Assembly: GCF_000981445.1 (NCBI RefSeq)
Contig: NC_027216.1
Location: 1,736,001 to 1,800,000 of the forward strand
Length of the DNA: 64,000 nt
Direction of reading: 5' to 3'
From: Babesia bigemina
Taxonomy: Eukaryota
A model generated the notes under the pieces. That model saw only the letters and a list, made by a program, of their open reading frames with translations. It searched no databases and was not told the origin of the DNA. The position numbers and the translations under genes were made by a program. Numbering within the stretch: position 1 is the first letter of the stretch; each line of letters begins with the position of its first letter. Below are positions 45,326 through 59,918 of the stretch, piece by piece.

Positions 45326-48300
45326 ATGAACCGCATTTTCACCCTTGGCATATGTGCCATGGCCAACAAGGTCGAAAGTGCACCTATGCGATCGATTCTC
45401 CATCACCTGCGCGCGACCGGCGATTTCGAGATCATCATCTTCCCCGAGGAGGTTTGTCCATCGTTGCGCGACTCCACTTGCTCCAGACAATTCTACATCT
45501 TCCAGTCACAGAATGGCCAATCGTGGAGTGCTTAATCGCCTTCTACTCGACAAATTTTCCCCTTGAGAAGGTTCGTTGGATTTATGAGCGTCAGACCTCA
45601 ATGTATGCAGGCCATCGATTACGTGAGACGCTACAAGCCTATAGTCCTGAACGACGTTGAACGACAGCGAGTATTCAAATCCAGGCTGGAAATTTACCGG
45701 GAGCTGCAGTTATGCCACATCCCGCATCCCAACTACGTGGTGGTGGACCACGAGGCCGTCAGGATGGGCAAGGCCACCTTCGAGGAAAACGAGGACTACA
45801 TAGTCTACAACAACGTCAAGCTGAAGAAGCCTTTCATAGAGAAGCCTGTGGATGCCGATAACCACAACAACTGGATTTACTACCCAACCAACACCGGTGG
45901 CGGCTGCAAGAAGCTATTCCGCAAAGTGCACGACAGGAGCTCGCAGTACTGCGCCGACATCAACACCGTGCGACGCGATGGCACCTATATATACGAGGAG
46001 TTCATGTCCACCTTTGGCACGGACATAAAGGTATACACGGTGGGCTGCATGTTCGCCCATGCGGAGGCGCGGAAGTCGCCAACGCTCGACGGCAAGGTGA
46101 ATCGTAACACGGATGGCAAGGAGGTGCGTTACCCAGTTATTTTGACGGCGAAGGAGAAGATCATCGCGTACCGCATCGTCGAGCATTTCCGCCAGGTGGT
46201 CTGCGGCTTCGACATCCTGCGGACCATCAACGGCCCTTACGTCTGCGACATCAACGGCTGGTCGTTCGTCAAACATAGCCGCCACCACACTGACCTTAGC
46301 CAAATTATACGCATCATGTTCCTGCTGAAGTTGCAAATGAAATACAACATAACGCTCGACAAGGTCATACCCGCTCGCATAATAACCAACGAGACCGTTG
46401 AGGCGCTGAAAAAAACGTTTGTCGACATCGACCAAACCATCGACAGGTCGGAGTCCCAGGAGGAATTGTGTTCCGTTGTGGTCGTTATGCGCCATGCGGA
46501 CCGCAAACCCAAGCAGAAGGTGAAGATCATGACACAGCACCCCTTGATTCTTGGGTATTTCGATGGGGTTACGGACAAGCAGATAAACCTGAAGGCGCCG
46601 GAGGATATGAGGCGCTTTACGGCAATAAACAAGATCATATTGGAGGAACTGGAAGGAGAGATGCTTATGTGCAATTCGCCAACGTATTCCGACGATTCCA
46701 GTGACACAGAGAATCCCCAAACAAGGACACTGAGCGAGCGGTTAACGTTGCACAAGGAAATGGGAAACATGTTAAACACTTCCGAAGGATTCGCTGGCAT
46801 TAATAGGAAAATACAGCTGAAGGCGAAGTTCGATGACGAAGGCAAGGTGCAACAGGTCCTAGTAGTGGCGAAATGGGGCGGTGAACTGACTTCAGTTGGT
46901 CAATGCCAAGCCGAAGACCTTGGGCGGCGGTTTAGGCAGTCGCTGTATCCAACGGACTGCACTGGACTCGTCAGGTTGCACAGCACCTACCGCCATGATT
47001 TCAAGATCTTTACGTCGAATGAGGGTAGGTGCCAGCTCACGAGCGCGGCGTTCACGAAGGGTATCCTGGACCTTGAGGGCGAGCTGACACCCATCTTGGT
47101 GGCCATGACGATCCGTGACAAGCGGGCGCAGATGCTTCTCGACGACAACATCGAGGTGCGAGAGCGAAACCAGTGCAAGAACCGCCTCAGCAGCCTCATG
47201 GAGAACTGGGGAAACAAACATGAGGTGGATAAGCTGCTGAGGAACATGGATGCAGACGAGGCGAAGTACTATCGGAAGGCTCTGGAGAAAATGAACTTTC
47301 AAAACGAGGACATGAACCGGCTCAACAAGCTGCTGAACGACTTCATGAACTCCCTCGACCACGAGATAACCAAGTGGATGTACCTCTACTCCGTCGATGA
47401 GTATGCCACCAGTGTGTTGGAGATTCTGCAGGACATGGCGACACGTTGGAAGAATCTGACAGCCAAGCTATATAAGGGGCCTGACTGTAAGTTCCAGTAC
47501 ACCATGGTCGCGGACATTGTTGACAACCTGCGATACGACCTTATACACCACCACACGTATCTCGGCAGTGGACTTGACACGGCGTTCGACATATACAACC
47601 TGGTTGGGCCACTGTCGGCGATACTGTCGCCATGCGAGTATGGCGTCACGCCAAGGGAGCGTTTAACTATAGGAATGAAGGTCGCGGGGAGGTTGCTGCA
47701 GAAGATCGTCCACGATGTTACGCTTCACAAGAACTCCCGTGACGTGACCAACAATGCCGTTTACCAGCAGCGCAACCGTGACCAGCTTTACGCGAAGCTG
47801 GTCGAGCAAAACGCCATCTGCCACGAACGGCGCAACTCCATCCATGAAGGTTTCGACGAGTATTACGGCAACAAATTGCCGCATGAGAGGACGTCTTCTG
47901 AACCTAGCGACTTCGTTCCGAAGTCAGAAAAATTGGACATACAGAACATGGTACATACTAATACAGGCGATCCACTGAAGAAAATCTCGCTCATCGCATC
48001 CACTTCCGCAAGCGCCGCCTCCGTGGCTGCCAGCAGCATTGCATTAGGTTCAGATGGCATCAATTGCATTCCTGACCACTCCAGAATGACATTCATCGGC
48101 GGTATTAAACCGAACGAAATGAAGTATTCCTGTCGTACCAACATGGAGGAAATATGGGATCTCCTAACGAGTGGCGCGAGACTCCCAGAACCCGTGGAGA
48201 TTAATTCCGGTGGCACGTTGACGCTCAGCCGGACAAAAAGCCGGGAGCATTACAGCGACGATATGGATAACACGTCCAGTTCAGACGACAGCGACATCGT

Positions 48301-49371
48301 AAGACAGGAGGTGAGCGAGGCAAGGAAAATGAGTTCGGACCGCTCTCATCGCATGGTACGATCGAGATACTACGTCACTTCGGCTTCTATCCTGTTCTCA
48401 TTGCTGAACTTTCTAAAGTATGCGCACTATCTCGACGACGACGCCGACAATTCGGAACCGCTGGTGCACTATAACACAAGGGATCTGCACTACCTTTCTC
48501 ACGTGGTACTGCGAGTGTGGTGGAGCTGCAAAGAAAACGGGGTACCAAAATACCGCGTCGAGATTCTCGTCAGCCCCGGAGCCAGAGATGGGTTCGGGCA
48601 AAACTACGACATATTGGCCAGCAATGCGCGCTCCCAGAAGCACAAATACAGGAGGCATATTTCAAGGTTCAACCTCGACTACGTGCGCGGCCAGGTGCTG
48701 TGTAAGCACTGCGGAGATGTCATCGACCCTGCGTTCGTAAGGGCGCAATTCATGGATAACATACGGGTCAAATCCTACCAATCTGGGATGCGTCGGTCCG
48801 CATCCACGGCAAACCTGCAATACATGACAAAGAATGTCAAAGGTGCGGAGCTCGAGTTCGACCCGAAGGGAGCAGCGACAGACAATGCTGCATCTCGCGA
48901 AAGCGCGCGCAAAGGCTCGTGGTGGTATCGCTGCCAGCGATGCGCAGCATCCAATGTGTCCGCCATCATACGTGCGGCGTCAAACGTGAGGAGCACCCGT
49001 AGCTCGACCGCGTCGGAGCGTAGCGATTCTCCTGTGAAGAGCAGAAGCACCTCCTCGTCTCGGGATGCGTCATTCTCTCCAACATTCGGTTTTACGGATG
49101 AGCAGCTCAAGCAACATCGCTCTGACAACGGAGCCGCCGTACCTCCATACTGCGAACTCAGCAGGCTGGCGATAATAAACTACAATTGCGATATAAACCG
49201 TCTCGAGCAGTTGGTAAACAAGGTTAGTTTATTTTGCAGTCTGTGTATGTGGTGCTTCCTATGGATGTTTGAATTAAATGTTGTCCATAAATCATATATT
49301 TTATAGAAGTGAATGTACATAAACGTCCCAGGAGTTAATATATTTTGCAGGCAGCTAAATTCATCTTATGA
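45326..49371 (+). CDS. VIP1: VIP1/PPIP5K inositol pyrophosphate kinase with histidine acid phosphatase-like domain
   Basis: LGICAM..K, WPIVECLIAFYS..FPLEK, KPFIEKPVDADNHN..IYYP...GGG...LFRK, HAEARKSP, CGFDILR, RHADRKPKQK, KWGGELT and SNEGRCQLTSAAF. Two short 5' introns; the last exon (49351-49371) is inferred. Confidence 0.92.
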
Positions 49372-49781
49372 GAGCCGAAATCCTATAACGTATACGCAAG
49401 CGCTACTGACCCGAAGAGCGAAAGGTCATCAGAGACGTATCCGGGGATCCATATCCGTATATATAAATGCAGCTCATATACCCTCTTATAATTCGAAAGT
49501 GCCGCAAAGAATTTTCTGCAAAACAGGAATTTTTAAGCCCATATCTAATTCATTGGCAATATTCCTTGTTGCTCCCCTTTAGACTTGCCGAGGAAAATTC
49601 ATGTGGCTGGGCAGCTAGCTGCTGCTGTGGCGTTATGTATACTTCCATATAACAAACAACATATTATTAAAGTTTTTGCCGTTAGAATATACTCTTATAA
49701 CGTGTTTTGGCTAATGGCCTTTGTATGCGTTCTAATTGTCATCCATCTTACGATAAATCGTTAACTGGAAAATGCTTCATC

Positions 49782-52625
49782 ATGAAGTATCTGCTGGTTT
49801 TCTGCGCGATAATTATACAGACTATCGCATATAGTCGTGCAGCAATATGTGATTTCAATGATCCGGACAGTACATTGAGATACTATCCTCTTATCACCTG
49901 TTCAACGGATGTCAATCACTTCGCTTACAGGCCTATTATATGTCCACGAGAAGTCAATGGTATAGAATATGTTTTGCACCCTCAACCGACGCCGGATGAG
50001 CATGCTCACCTCACCACTTACGTAAGTCGCAATGGTGCACTGCGCTCTGTTCCGCTTTACGAAGTCGTGCGCTCTGAAGCCGAGAATGCACTCTTCAGGA
50101 TAGAATCGTTCCCGTCGCAAACGGAATTGCACTTTGACATGTCAGATGGACAAATGTTTGTTGTCACCGATGATCGGCTGGTATTCATCTGTGGTCCACG
50201 AGACCTAGTTATGAGTGATACGCTTAAAGAAGAGCTTGACCTCCTCAATGTAACTCGCCAAAAAAAGGCATTTGCGTGGAATCACGGCGATACGTTGACA
50301 GATGAAATAGGAAAACTAGGAAGCGGATTGGGAGTGGCGTACGTGTACAGAAGTCTCTCCCATATCCCTCTTCAAGGTTGTGGGAGCCGTCCTTCACCTC
50401 TTTTTGCACCGGATAACGTGGTTAGTGAGGATGGGTTTACTGGCACGCGATCATGCGTGGCGGATTATATGTCAAACGTGCGTATTGGATTCGTTTGCGA
50501 AGGCCGTATCGAACCTAGTGATTGTTTTAAGTCACTGTTGGATGAAAATGGCAAACGAATGGAAATTGCTACTCAATTACATATGTATCAACACTTTGAT
50601 GTTAATAAACCATGGGTTATTGCGCAATATTTCGATGGCTTAGCGTTACCCTCATTCAACGGCGAATGCAGGTGCATAGATCCTGAGACAGGTCACGTGA
50701 AGGCAAGGATAGAGATCCGTTCGAAAAAAGAATACGTGTGTGACATAACCAGCAAGGTCTTCCGCAACCATACGGAGGTAATCCGTGGTCCGTGGTGTTC
50801 TGTTCTACTTCATCCCGGCAGCACACTGACCATACGGTTCCCAATTGAACATGTAGGTGATTCTAAACCTGTTACGGCCTTGCGGAATCCACCGAGGTAT
50901 TTGTTCAAAACTGAATTCCGACCACAGAACTTGGATTTTCTGCAACAAAATATAAACACATATCAGGCTTCTATTTACAACGTGGTATCGTATTCAGGAG
51001 CCCTGGCTGGCGATGCTCTTGAACTGGATATTTCACAGATACCCCAGGGAGTAGTAACGCTAAAGTACCACGCAGACAAACCACTCACCTTAAAAAGAAG
51101 GGTGAACTCATTTTTGTTTCACTGGTTATTGAAACCTACAGAGAATTATAACTTAGGTCCGATACGCGCGATCATCAATGTCTCTTTCGCTTTTACCCAT
51201 GACTATCGTATCGTTGGTTGCGACCGAGCGGTGACCAGTTTGTTTGATCCTCATATCAGCCTCAAATATTGCTCAGTGGAATATATGGGGAATGGTATTG
51301 GGGAAGTCTACCAATGCACTTATAATTCTGAATCTAGCTATTGGGAAGCTGGGATCCGATGCCAGCCCGACGAAGAGCTTTTGCCCGGTAATTGCGCATC
51401 CGAATTATATGATCTCCATTCCAATGAAGTTTCGCCATTACCTGATTCTGTGCAACTTTCTAACAATTTTACTACTAAAGGATTTCAGGTGTTCGCGCTG
51501 GATTTAGACAAAGAAGCCGTGAGCTATGCCTGCATATGTGTCGACCGTCGTGGGTACGAAAAGAGCAGGCTTACTTTGGAATCGCACTATGATGATTATC
51601 ATTATTATAGGGTACGTCATATGAGACAACGTAACATGGTGCTTCCTTATATGTTGCTGCCTTGGCGGGAGGTAGGATTATCGAGTGAGGGATTCACCTC
51701 ACGAGATCGACTTATGCTATACGACGTAACACCGAGTTCCATTACAGTATATGCAGGAGCATCTTTGCGCTTGTATTGTACTGGTAATGATGAAATACTC
51801 ATACACGACGAATACGTAGGGAATTATAGTGATGTGCAAACGTCTTGGCTACCAAAGCAATCTAAGTTTTTTCACTACATCATCAGGAATACGCCACAAG
51901 GAAACGAGCTCGTTAGCGTACCACATAGCGATTTCATTGGTAGCAATCCGGGGGACTTTAAAGTCGCATTGGAGGCGTCCACTGAAGATATCAATGAATT
52001 GAAGATTGAATTGCGTAAAGGCGCAGTATTGGTATCCAAAAATGTAGCATACAAAAAATACGTGCCAATAACATTCGTATGCGGTAAGACACCCGAACAA
52101 TCTGAGGTTACTGAAATTGCTAGTAGTGCGATCAGTTCAGACGGCTCTCTCCAACCCATGAACAATTTAATGGGACTGTCGATTGGATACACTTGGCACA
52201 TTGTCCAAGTTGTAGTGGAGACCACTGACCCGTACATGCAAGGCTGCGGCGTCACATATGCGTCAGATGAGTTGTTCAAGCCCGAGACACCTAAACTCTA
52301 CGATGCGAATGGACGACAAATCGGTTGCAAGATTGACATTCAATCTGCTAAAGAAGCGGCATTCTACTGCCCAGCGCCTTACGTTCTCGACCCACCTGAC
52401 TGCTTCAACCAATTTTACGTCGACGGGGAGGTAAAAAACCGAAGCGACATCAGCAAGTTGTTGGCATCATTTCGCACCAATCATTTTGTCACACTGAAGT
52501 TCGGCAATTATGGTACAGGGCGCGAGGAAACACTGCGCCAGACCCCGCCGTTGGAGTGCCACTGCGTCACTGTCAAAGGTGCCACCCTCTCTACCATCCA
52601 GATCGAGAACTACTACACCAAGTAA
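49782..52625 (+). CDS. Secreted multi-domain 6-Cys (s48/45-like) protein, ~947 aa, no obvious GPI/TM anchor
   Basis: Signal peptide MKYLLVFCAIIIQTIAYSRA. Three B-type-like domains with a GC...C...(G/A)F.C....P..CF...C.C pattern alternate with degenerate A-type-like domains (CD...CS). Confidence 0.75.
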   Translation: MKYLLVFCAIIIQTIAYSRAAICDFNDPDSTLRYYPLITCSTDVNHFAYRPIICPREVNGIEYVLHPQPTPDEHAHLTTYVSRNGALRSVPLYEVVRSEAENALFRIESFPSQTELHFDMSDGQMFVVTDDRLVFICGPRDLVMSDTLKEELDLLNVTRQKKAFAWNHGDTLTDEIGKLGSGLGVAYVYRSLSHIPLQGCGSRPSPLFAPDNVVSEDGFTGTRSCVADYMSNVRIGFVCEGRIEPSDCFKSLLDENGKRMEIATQLHMYQHFDVNKPWVIAQYFDGLALPSFNGECRCIDPETGHVKARIEIRSKKEYVCDITSKVFRNHTEVIRGPWCSVLLHPGSTLTIRFPIEHVGDSKPVTALRNPPRYLFKTEFRPQNLDFLQQNINTYQASIYNVVSYSGALAGDALELDISQIPQGVVTLKYHADKPLTLKRRVNSFLFHWLLKPTENYNLGPIRAIINVSFAFTHDYRIVGCDRAVTSLFDPHISLKYCSVEYMGNGIGEVYQCTYNSESSYWEAGIRCQPDEELLPGNCASELYDLHSNEVSPLPDSVQLSNNFTTKGFQVFALDLDKEAVSYACICVDRRGYEKSRLTLESHYDDYHYYRVRHMRQRNMVLPYMLLPWREVGLSSEGFTSRDRLMLYDVTPSSITVYAGASLRLYCTGNDEILIHDEYVGNYSDVQTSWLPKQSKFFHYIIRNTPQGNELVSVPHSDFIGSNPGDFKVALEASTEDINELKIELRKGAVLVSKNVAYKKYVPITFVCGKTPEQSEVTEIASSAISSDGSLQPMNNLMGLSIGYTWHIVQVVVETTDPYMQGCGVTYASDELFKPETPKLYDANGRQIGCKIDIQSAKEAAFYCPAPYVLDPPDCFNQFYVDGEVKNRSDISKLLASFRTNHFVTLKFGNYGTGREETLRQTPPLECHCVTVKGATLSTIQIENYYTK

Positions 52626-53516
52626 TTGGTAACTATGGTGCGATAACTTGTTTGGCAATTAGCCACTTTAATTGTCATAGTGCATGTTGGTCGCTCTGTT
52701 GGTTTGTGTAACGGGTGACAGCGTATTTTTTTACTGTCGTGTCTTAAATGTGGTAATGTAACTCAGTATCATAGCCTAATGAAACTGCAATGTGTATAAC
52801 GTCTGTGAATGCCAAAAATCCCAGGTATAAGAAATGCGAGGGATTATGTGTTACATACCTTTGTTCTGCCATTCTCTTGCTGCAATGAGGACGATGTTAT
52901 GTGGTTACTTTTGTTAATTTTCACAACTCTAAAAATTTGCAATTACTACAAAACCTAACATTGGTTAACATCCAGTACGTAGTGCTGTACTTTAACTAAA
53001 TCAGTTCATTTTGAAAAATTACCGTGTCACTGCCTGGCCACGTCACCCCACCCGTGGCATGGGAAGCATGGATGGTTTCGCTTGTTCACTACGTGTTCAC
53101 ACTGTAATACATGAAATGATCTACAATGCCACAGTAAATCACTTTTGACCATTGCGAACCACAGTAGCGGGGTTTCATTGGACTCAGCTACATCTCGCAG
53201 CCTAGTGAAACGGGTAGCGAAAAACAGTCCCATAACTCATAATAGGATTAATATATGACGAAGTATCGCATTCTTATAAAACTGTTGATGACTCAAGTAA
53301 AAACCAGAGAGGTCGGCAGGATACCGACGCAGTGCTGTTCACATGAATCAGGCACATGTCTATCACTCCATGCAACCTCAGGAGTGATTATCATTAATAG
53401 ATTTTAAAAACTTAGTAATATGTTGCTCTTGATGCAACGCACTTATGATACCGCTTAGTGCTCCCATTCCCCCCTCTTGGGACGTTATAAGTCACTGAGG
53501 GGGCATGTTTACACGC

Positions 53517-55214
53517 CTAGGCAGCACTGCTGCCTTGTGCGGAGATGTATATGGCGGCGCTCTCGTGATCCGTTGGCGCGATTCCCACCTACATCATATG
53601 ATACCGAGAAATCTGCGGCCTACCATCGGACGACTTCCACCCTGGAAGACGGTGTAGTAATGAGGCATGAAGCCCACGCTACCGAGAATGTATGCCGGCC
53701 CATCAGCCACGTTGACGTTAATTTGCATGTACGCCGGACGGTATACACCGCCGGAGACGAACGAATATTGATCCGGACGCAGTGAAGCTTCTACACCATT
53801 CCCAAACACATAGCGTATAATGGGGAAGTCGTGGAGCCTTTGCCCAGATTCACTTTCGGAATCCAGCGACAAGTATAGATCCATCAGCTGCACAAACGAG
53901 TCGTACGGCATGCTGTTGAAGGCAGTGCCCGTGTCGAAAATAGCATAGGCCGCGCCGTCACAGCAGACTTTCCGCTCACCCAACCAGACCTCCCGGAGTT
54001 CCACCTGCCAGTAGTAGCCGGTGACCACCGGTATCATTCGAATGTGGCCTTTGTGCAGATCGTCAGCGGCGCCTCCAAGAAGCACCGCAGAGTGGTGGCC
54101 GTCGAGTGAGTAGTAGAAGCTGAATATCGACGCTGCATCAAGTGCGCGCAAGTATCGCTCATATAGAGGCTCGGACTTTACTATCATGAGGTCGGGGAAA
54201 GCGAGACCGATCATTCCGTGGAAATGTGTTGCCTGCATGATTATTATCGTTCATAATGGCGTTCCCACCCGTAGGACGTCGTTGGTCGTCACGTCGGGGA
54301 TGCGGCGGAGCATGGCGAAAGGCTGTGAGTGCACGGTAACACCGCCGATTGTGAAGTCCTCGAAGCCTAGCTCACCCAGAACTTCACCCGATACAAACTT
54401 AGCGCGCACATAAGACTTCTGATCCGGTGCCGAATGGAAGGTGCTGGACTTTCTGGGGTCATACTTCATAGAACCACGGCAACCGTCCGACTCACAAGCC
54501 TCATGCACAACCCAGACGTTTGTGCTGCCAGTGTCCAACATTGGCAGGAACCGTTGTTCCGGCGAGCCGATTGACGCTTCGATGACTAATACCGTGTGTC
54601 GCAGACTCCCTATTGATAGGCATGCGTTCCCAGGGGCGCGAGGGAAGATGGCCTCGTGTCGTGTTACCCCATCACTGACGCCGCCGTCAACGTGATCCGA
54701 TGACGCTGGCGTTGCTTCCGATATGGGAATGCTGCCGCAATTGCGGGCATTGCGGTCGGCATGTCTTCTCGCAGTTTCATCGTCGACGCCTAGTGACCCG
54801 TTGGGGCCTCTGCCGGCGAAGACGTGGTGTACTTCGCCTGCTGCCACATTGTCCCAGTTCGATGTGTGGACTTTGACGAGATGCGATTCTGGCGATAACG
54901 AGCGAATGCTAACTTCGTTGCTCAAGCGCTCTGTCCGGCTGACGTCCCGTTGTATGGGTATGAGCGGCACAATCCTCTACGCAACATGAATGGGAGTCAA
55001 ACATGCGCACACATCGCAATATTTCAATGCCTACCTTAGGTGGAGGACCCGAATATATGGTTTCCGGAGGCGCATTGCCGCTAGCCGGGCCCGCAGGCGC
55101 AGCGAACGCCTGCTGTGTCTCACGACTGCCGACCTGCGATCCTAGCGCCAACCGGCCGGAGAAGAGCGCGCACACTTGCCATACAATGGCAAGTAGGAAC
55201 GACGCTCTAGCCAT
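53517..55214 (-). CDS. Plasmepsin-like aspartyl protease (pepsin family A1; closest in appearance to PM VI/VIII-type), 4 exons
   Basis: Signal peptide; catalytic motifs LDTGSTNVWV and FDTGTAF; YYWQV; ILGS..FM..YYTVF; last exon VGIAPTDHE...; TAG at 53519-53517. Confidence 0.88.
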
Positions 55215-55432
55215 ACTGGCCCATTGACACGGAATGCTGGCTGTCTAATAACGCTGCGACAGACTCGCACCCAGTGGCACCTAGTTCACCCGCAGACAGA
55301 CACGGGAACATGGCGATATCGTGACTATGCATTTGTACAGATATTGTGATTGCATCAGTGGATCGTCCGTGGCTTTATTTGGCCGCCAGTAGGCCGCCGC
55401 TGTGCCGCGGCAGGTGTGTTAGATTAATTAGC

Positions 55433-56188
55433 TTAACCCTCCGTCTTCATTCTCAGGAACGCCTTCAAAGCGCTATAAGCTGCCTCAGCTTCCATTGTTA
55501 ACTGTCTGATTTCGTTGGCGTCCAGCGCGTGATGCGCTGGCATGTTCTCCAGCCGCGAACACCACACCCGCAACTTGTCTAAGTGAGGCACCACGTTGAC
55601 ACTATTGGAAGACTTGTCATCCAGCGTCGGAACATAATCCAGGCACGTGATGAGCTCGTGGAGGATCGGGAACAGCTGCACGGGTGGCTTTATTAACTAA
55701 AATGTTGCAACCAACCTCCTCTACATGCGTGCTGCCCAGCTTCAGAGCATCGAGTAGCGTTATGAAGTGTTCACTCAGCTCGAATATGATGTACGTCTGC
55801 AAAGAAACATGGGTGAGGGTGATGAAGTATCGCCCTACCTCGCTGCGTGCTTGCGCCTTGGGCTTGCTCGTGGAGCAGATGCCGGGCGATCCCTTCTTCA
55901 GTCGGTTAAGCGCTAGTGGACAATTCAAGTTGTGTTTCTATGCGAATATGTACGCCACTAAATCCGTGCGATACAGCGCATGGCGTAGACACCTACCGCG
56001 GCGAATTCGGCGAACACGTTCGGTGTCGCTTCCTCGAGAATATGGCAGAGCGACAGCAGCTCTGTGCACTCCTGTGTGTAGTCCTCGTTGCTGGCATCGC
56101 CGGATACGAAGGCCTGCTCTAGGTGTTCCAGCGCCTGCAGTAGCGAGTAGATGTTGGCCGCATGGTCGACGTCGATGGTAGACGCCAT
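55433..56188 (-). CDS. VPS28: ESCRT-I subunit VPS28, 4 exons
   Basis: ANIYSLLQALEHLEQAF...YTQECTELL, LNCPLALNRLKKGSP, HFITLLDALKL...EELFPILHEL and W...LENM.A...L...EIRQL..EAEAAY. Confidence 0.88.
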
Positions 56189-56786
56189 GATTGCCTGTTC
56201 GGTAAGACTAACGGTGCCTATTGCGCGTGTTAGAGTGACGGTTGACGGCGTGATTTGCCGGCGACCTCAAGTGGCGTCGCGGCAGCTTTTTGGCGTGGAG
56301 CCAAGCGTATCACGCAGACCATTTGCAAATAACCACTGCAGAGCGAGTATATATTGCAACGTCTAAATTTACGTCAGTATAGAGGAAATTTTCAATTTAG
56401 TTGCAAGACGCACGTTGACTCCGATTGCGGTAGGGTAGGTAGTACTTGCCCCCGGAACCCGAACGGACATGCTTATGGACTGCGGCACGCATTGCAACCG
56501 AGCATGTGATATCACAGTAACAGTTATTTGGGCAGCAAGGATTCGGCATGTAAAAGCAATGTGTAAGGTGGCCGTGTAGACATCGGGGCCCCTCTAGAGA
56601 CACATACACATTTCTGGAAATGACCAATTAGGCCATGCACATAGCTGTTATTTGAGCTTTAGCATCGGTGGGTTTGCCATCTGAACTCGTACGCGACCCC
56701 AATCTTCTACACACCGCTGACGATCAGGTGATGTCGTGTCGGGGCACAAGCCTTCCAGTACACATCTCATATTTACACATCGCACC

Positions 56787-58210
56787 ATGGTTTCCCTGGT
56801 GCCGCTGATATTCATAGCTGTAGTGCTGCAGTCGTGGACGGCGGCGTTGACTGACAGCAAGCACAGACGCCACCAGGAAGATGCATCGCACGCCGACGGC
56901 AGCTACACACACACCGCGGTGAATCGCTCAAAAGGAGGCTTACAAGGAGGCGGTCGTTCCACTCACCAGCATCACAGCCATGCGGAAACTGCAGAAGACC
57001 GCCACCGTGGATATCGCAAGCTGGGAGCGCTGTCTAAGCAAGTATCGCTCCTCCAGGCTGCTCCGCACATGCTGGTAGACAAGACTGCGGACGGCACAAC
57101 TGTAACGAACCCGGGAAGTCAAACCAGCTACTCCCAGACGTTGGCGTCTGCTTCAAGTACGGCAGCAGGGGTAAACGTCGAGCCACAGGGCCAAACGGCT
57201 GCAGCCTCTAACGTGGCGCCCACCCAAGGAGCGAACCAAATTGCGCCAGTAAATGGACTTGCCAACCCGGAAATAGCACCGGATAACGCAGAAGAAAACA
57301 ATGGGCCAACGGATTTTGCATGTAAATTCTTGTAAGTGGCAAACGCATTATAGATCGGCATGCTGATCAGGTGGTTCCTGTTCAAAGAGTGCAACAAGCC
57401 AGCCCCCGCCACCCAGGATGCAAATGCACAGAGCAACGCTGCTACAGATATTGCAGATGACCAGCAACCGGTCCCGCCGGTGGTGTCCTCATCGTGTACC
57501 ATATACGGCACCACGGTGTTATCGCTAGAGTGGGTTACCAGCTTCCGGTAGTCAACTGTTGCAGCGACTTCAAAGACCCGGAAGAAAATGGATGGATACT
57601 TGTCAACGACTCCAATGCGCCCAGAATCACGCACAACAAACAAGTCAACTTGGACAAGCCGGCGCAACTGCAGCTAAAGGCCACGCTGTGCAACGCCGCC
57701 ACTTACGAGGCAACAATCAAACTGGTACGTCGCAGCATTTGAATCGTCTGAATTTCCATCTAGGGCGTTGATAGCAGCGGTGGTTTTATAATCCGAGGCT
57801 CCGATCAGGATTTCGTGGTATTCGAGATGAACACGCTGGCCAAGACCGCCACGCTCAAGAGCATCAACGGCGCGTACCAGGACATTATTAGCGAAGTGGC
57901 CTGCGTAAGCTGTTGTTCGTTGGTTAATATGCGCGGCAGGACAAAATTAACAGCCAATTTATACAGAAGGTTCAGATTAGGGACACAGGCTACAAGGGGT
58001 AAGTGAGCGCAGGAATGCCGCCATATTCTTCAGGCAAATCGATATCCTCATCGACGGCCGCAAAATTACGTCGACGTCAAGAATGCCGTACAAGTCATCC
58101 GGTTACTTCGGTAGGTTATCGTGTCTTGCAGCGCACAGTGTGCAGGATTCTACATCGCTCAAGGAAACGCAACTTTCGGAGACCTCTCCGTCGTGCCGAT
58201 AAACGAATGA
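56787..58210 (+). CDS. Secreted protein with a low-complexity pro-region and a C-terminal beta-sandwich (ConA/LamG-like) domain, ~7 exons
   Basis: Signal peptide MVSLVPLIFIAVVLQSWTAA and an SLLQ motif. Phase-consistent short introns give ...ATYEATIKLGVDSSGGFIIRGSDQDFVVFEMN...KVQIRDTGYKGQIDILIDGRKI...SSGYFGFYIAQGNATFGDLSVVPINE*. Confidence 0.7.
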
Positions 58211-58403
58211 ATCGTAATATACCCTGCAACTCACTCTGTGCATCTTATCGACGTCACTAGGGCGCCTGTGAACGGCTGAGGGCGCCCGGCGTTGCTATGG
58301 ACGTTGTCTGGCGCACACGTATGCGTTACAACGGCCCCAATGTGTGCCGCCAAACGCCCATGCGGCACATCAACACACCTTTCAATATTGCGAAATCAGC
58401 AAA

Positions 58404-59918
<1,515 letters not shown>

